This document shows, one piece after another, positions 60,970 through 64,000 of a stretch of DNA of 64,000 nt. Source of the stretch: Candidatus Poribacteria bacterium (GTDB taxonomy: Bacteria > Poribacteria > WGA-4E > PCPOR2b); contig OZ242326.1 in the NCBI GenBank assembly GCA_965208325.1, positions 3,232,001-3,296,000 of the forward strand. The letters are read 5' to 3'. Position 1 is the stretch's first letter; each line of letters opens with the position of its first letter. Position numbers and translations under genes: made by a program. The notes below the pieces were generated by a model that was not told the DNA's origin, ran no database searches, and saw nothing but the letters and a program-made list of their open reading frames with translations.

Positions 60970-61713
60970 TCAGGATGCCCGAAACTCCAGAAATCCGCCT
61001 GTGGCTTTGTAGCCTGAAGGTTCTAACACGATAATGGTGGAGCGCCCTACAGCGGATTTCGCCATCGGAAGGGTGACGGTATGGTGCCGCGCGATATAAA
61101 CGGTAGCGCGTGGGTGTCGATTGATGAAAATGTCGACCGGCTTCATCCGACCTGCATCGGGACCTCCGAGCGGCGGCAAGGCATAGTGCATCGGCACAAT
61201 CCATGTCGGCTTTAGGAACTCAATCATGTCGTCGAGGTCGTCCAGCTTAACTGTGTTCCTCTCACCGACAATTGGGATCAGCACATCACACTTGTTCTCC
61301 CACGGCGCCAGCTCATCGTTACTCAGTCCATAACCGAGATCTCCCAGATGTGCGAACCATAATCCGCCGGCTTTGAAGGCGTACATGGCGTTATCCATCG
61401 GGTCATGCAGGTCATGGTCGGCAGCCTCGGCTGTGGCGATCGCTACTAACTGTTCGCCATTGATTGTGGCTGAAGCCGTTCCCAAAGCCACGTCGAGAGC
61501 GTTGATGACGCGGGGATTTCCTCGCACGAGCGAAACGTTGTTGTGGGATTCGTCCGTGAGTGAACTTACAATGACGGTGTCGGCGTCGAGGCGCGAGCCG
61601 TCATCTTCCAATTGCGTATCGTGATGGGAGTATGGATCGGTTACGATAGTTGGCTTACCGTTCTCCCACAGGCGGAAACACGCGTGACCAACAAATTCGA
61701 GTTGTACAGACAA
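60970..61713 (-). CDS. Metallo-beta-lactamase-fold protein
   Basis: GHACF, TDPY, HLGDLG, VPMHY; HxHxDH motif degenerate (SSLTDESHN). Confidence 0.8.
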   Translation of the reverse strand: MSVQLEFVGHACFRLWENGKPTIVTDPYSHHDTQLEDDGSRLDADTVIVSSLTDESHNNVSLVRGNPRVINALDVALGTASATINGEQLVAIATAEAADHDLHDPMDNAMYAFKAGGLWFAHLGDLGYGLSNDELAPWENKCDVLIPIVGERNTVKLDDLDDMIEFLKPTWIVPMHYALPPLGGPDAGRMKPVDIFINRHPRATVYIARHHTVTLPMAKSAVGRSTIIVLEPSGYKATGGFLEFRAS

Positions 61714-61936
61714 GGTTAATCCTCCTCAACTACGTTCTAGATTTCGCTAATTTCGGGTGTTCTCATGCACCTTTCAGGACACATTCATGCAGAGTTGACG
61801 GCATCACGTCCCGACGCGCCGCAATGCTTGCTTTCTCCAAAGTCAGATTAACAGCCGGTTTGCCGTATACAGATTCGCGTTTTGGATTGTTTCAGATGTC
61901 ATTCTTGCGAACTATTCCGACCGTCCAACACTGCTT

Positions 61937-62752
61937 TCACGCCATATAAACGGGCAGGCTGCTATCGTTGCCGCGAAAGGCGGCATGATTGCCGCTCAAC
62001 CATAAGAAAATCTCGGCGGCGTCATTGAAGGCTCTGTGCCCTTCGCGTGCGTAGTAGAAGTGGCCTTGCCGCATGTTATATATCTGTTCAACGTTGAAAT
62101 CCGGCTCGATAACCCAATCACGTTCCGGCGGTGCGGTTCGGACATAGTGGTATTTCATCAGATTACGGGTGCCCGCCGCCGTAGCCACTCCCTTTCGGTG
62201 CCAAATATTGTAGAAACATACGATGATGGAACCGGCTGGTGCTGTTGTTGGCATAGCACCGCGAATTCCGGTATAATGGCCCATATAATCCCCCGCATAG
62301 AGGAAGTGTGAACCGGGCAATAAATCGGTTGGCCCCATTTCCAAGGGGGTATCCTGCGGATAATAGAACACCTTGAGTGAATCAATCTTGGGACCGTAAA
62401 GCGAGCCGGCATCTCGGTGCCATCCGCCAACCCCGCTTGGGCACACCGCACGATGGTTCGCCATGAAAGTCGGCAGTTGAAAATTTTTGCCCAATAACGA
62501 TCGGACGACACCAATTGCTTCCGAATTGAGGATGACATTGTCAGCGAACCAATCGAGTTCAAAGATTTCGTCAGGCAGCCGAACGCGGTCCTGTTCAAAG
62601 GGGCCGCCTTCAGCATAGAGGTCGCAGTAATCGCACGTTTTTTTGTTAACCTCATCCGGAACGACAGCTTCCAACATCAGAATCCCTTTTCTGCAGAACT
62701 CCAAGACTTGAGTGTCCGTCATTGTGGGTTCGCAGTCGTATGTACGTTTCAT
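61937..62752 (-). CDS. PhyH family dioxygenase
   Basis: WHRD, GPTDLLPGSH, WHRK; N-terminus nearly identical to 54355-55200. Confidence 0.88.
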   Translation of the reverse strand: MKRTYDCEPTMTDTQVLEFCRKGILMLEAVVPDEVNKKTCDYCDLYAEGGPFEQDRVRLPDEIFELDWFADNVILNSEAIGVVRSLLGKNFQLPTFMANHRAVCPSGVGGWHRDAGSLYGPKIDSLKVFYYPQDTPLEMGPTDLLPGSHFLYAGDYMGHYTGIRGAMPTTAPAGSIIVCFYNIWHRKGVATAAGTRNLMKYHYVRTAPPERDWVIEPDFNVEQIYNMRQGHFYYAREGHRAFNDAAEIFLWLSGNHAAFRGNDSSLPVYMA

Positions 62753-63021
62753 GGTAAATGTCCCTCATTTTTTTCTAATATCATTCAATTTAATAGAATT
62801 ATATGCCTGAAAACGCCAATGATTGTTCATACATTAGATTTAGATGTAAATCCTAAATGGAGGCGCCAGAATGTATTATGCACATTTTGTATTCTATCAC
62901 AACGGGGATCAGCCCGCAAGCGCAAAAAACATACGTATCGAGCCAACCGAGTGCCTAGCCAAAAACAGCGATTCGGCGCACCGCCACCTGTGCAACAAGT
63001 TCCTATTGTTCAACTAAACCG

Positions 63022-63999
63022 CTATCCACTGCGGGCGGCTTGGAGTATACGATCTGCCCATCCACCGGGTTTGATTGGGCCGCTCAAATCCTCGCCATCC
63101 AGCGCGGCGGGCAGCCCCCAGAGTATCAGGTTTAGGTGGGAACCGTAATCGCCGAGCACCTCACCGGTATTCTCATCACCTCGCGTGCCGCCGGCAGAAT
63201 TCCAGATGTAACCTTGTTTAACGATAGTTTCGTAGTCTCGGCGGACTATCTCCAATCCGAATTCGGGTTCTCCCTCATACACGTACATCATGGCGAGGAA
63301 CGGAAGGTAGCAGGTGAGGACCGTATAAGTGCCGAACCCGATATTTTGCACTGGCGTTCCGTCGGGGTTGGCGTAATTAAGTGCACCAAATTCGGTAAGG
63401 GCAACATTTGTCCGCTTTATGGTATCCAACGTGGTCTTCACTCGATCGCTTCGGAAGACACCATCTAACCCTTCGGACCTCGCCATCCACTCGCCATCCA
63501 ACTGGTATGCAAGGATTAGGTCGGACTTCTTGCCGGTTGTGGGCTCGAAATAGTTCAAGTAGTAATCTCCGGTCCACAGTTTGGTCTCCAATGAATTACT
63601 TCCCTGTGCAAACCAGTCTCTACATTGGTCGGCGAACTCCGTATCCCCCATTTCTTCAGCCATGCGTTCAGCCATCTTTAGATGCGCTAGGTGGATACCT
63701 GCCACATGAGCCGTCATTCCGTGGTACTCGCACATCTCAATCCAATCGGTACCGAAACCCGGCGCAAAACCTAGTATGGCGGCGTTCTGTTCATGCGCAA
63801 CGCTGATTATGCCGTCGGGGCCGAGATCGGGCCTCAAATTCATGGTGTAAATTGTAGTCTTCTTTACGGATTCGTAGAACTCTTTAAGCATCTCGTCGTC
63901 GCCGGTACAATTCCAATACCGATTCACAATATCCACATATTGGGGGGCGTTGGTTGCGGTCTGCCATCCGGGCGTTGCACTTACCATACCGCATGGTGG
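63022..63999 (-). CDS. GH116 (GBA2-like) glycoside hydrolase, C-terminal part (5' end outside window)
   Basis: TGDDEMLKEFY, KLWTGDYY, YQLDGEW, V-x-TTLDTIK (alpha/alpha)6 pattern. Confidence 0.8.
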   Translation of the reverse strand, partial: PPCGMVSATPGWQTATNAPQYVDIVNRYWNCTGDDEMLKEFYESVKKTTIYTMNLRPDLGPDGIISVAHEQNAAILGFAPGFGTDWIEMCEYHGMTAHVAGIHLAHLKMAERMAEEMGDTEFADQCRDWFAQGSNSLETKLWTGDYYLNYFEPTTGKKSDLILAYQLDGEWMARSEGLDGVFRSDRVKTTLDTIKRTNVALTEFGALNYANPDGTPVQNIGFGTYTVLTCYLPFLAMMYVYEGEPEFGLEIVRRDYETIVKQGYIWNSAGGTRGDENTGEVLGDYGSHLNLILWGLPAALDGEDLSGPIKPGGWADRILQAARSG

Positions 64000-64000
64000 G

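Overview
Bacterial chromosomal window (~50% GC by eye). The gene content suggests Candidatus Poribacteria or a relative: LamG proteins ending in a GKxxxTWxKxK tail, three PhyH paralogues and an ankyrin protein. This is an inference. Contents in order: the amtB-glnK tail, an M16 peptidase and other housekeeping genes; a decayed mobile island (~8.5-17 kb) with DUF2280-like, Toprim primase-like, FRG-TPR and ribbon-helix-helix genes, pseudogenes and candidate small RNAs; rmuC; a ZraS/ZraR-like sigma-54 two-component system in front of an expanded Cus-type metal efflux operon (YHS protein, two TolC, CusB with six metal-binding modules, CusA with insertions); an IS3 element with an internal stop; tkt; fumC; and a PhyH/LamG/AKR/GH116 catabolic region. 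The strongest finding is at 39975-41147. Two ORFs split by the ORF caller are one frame across an in-frame TGA in the context C-U-G-S-G, followed by a SECIS-like hairpin, and the product resembles animal selenoprotein N (SELENON) along its length. The intergenic DNA is dense with nested REP, REPIN and MITE-like repeats. All family assignments come from recognising motifs by eye; no searches were run.
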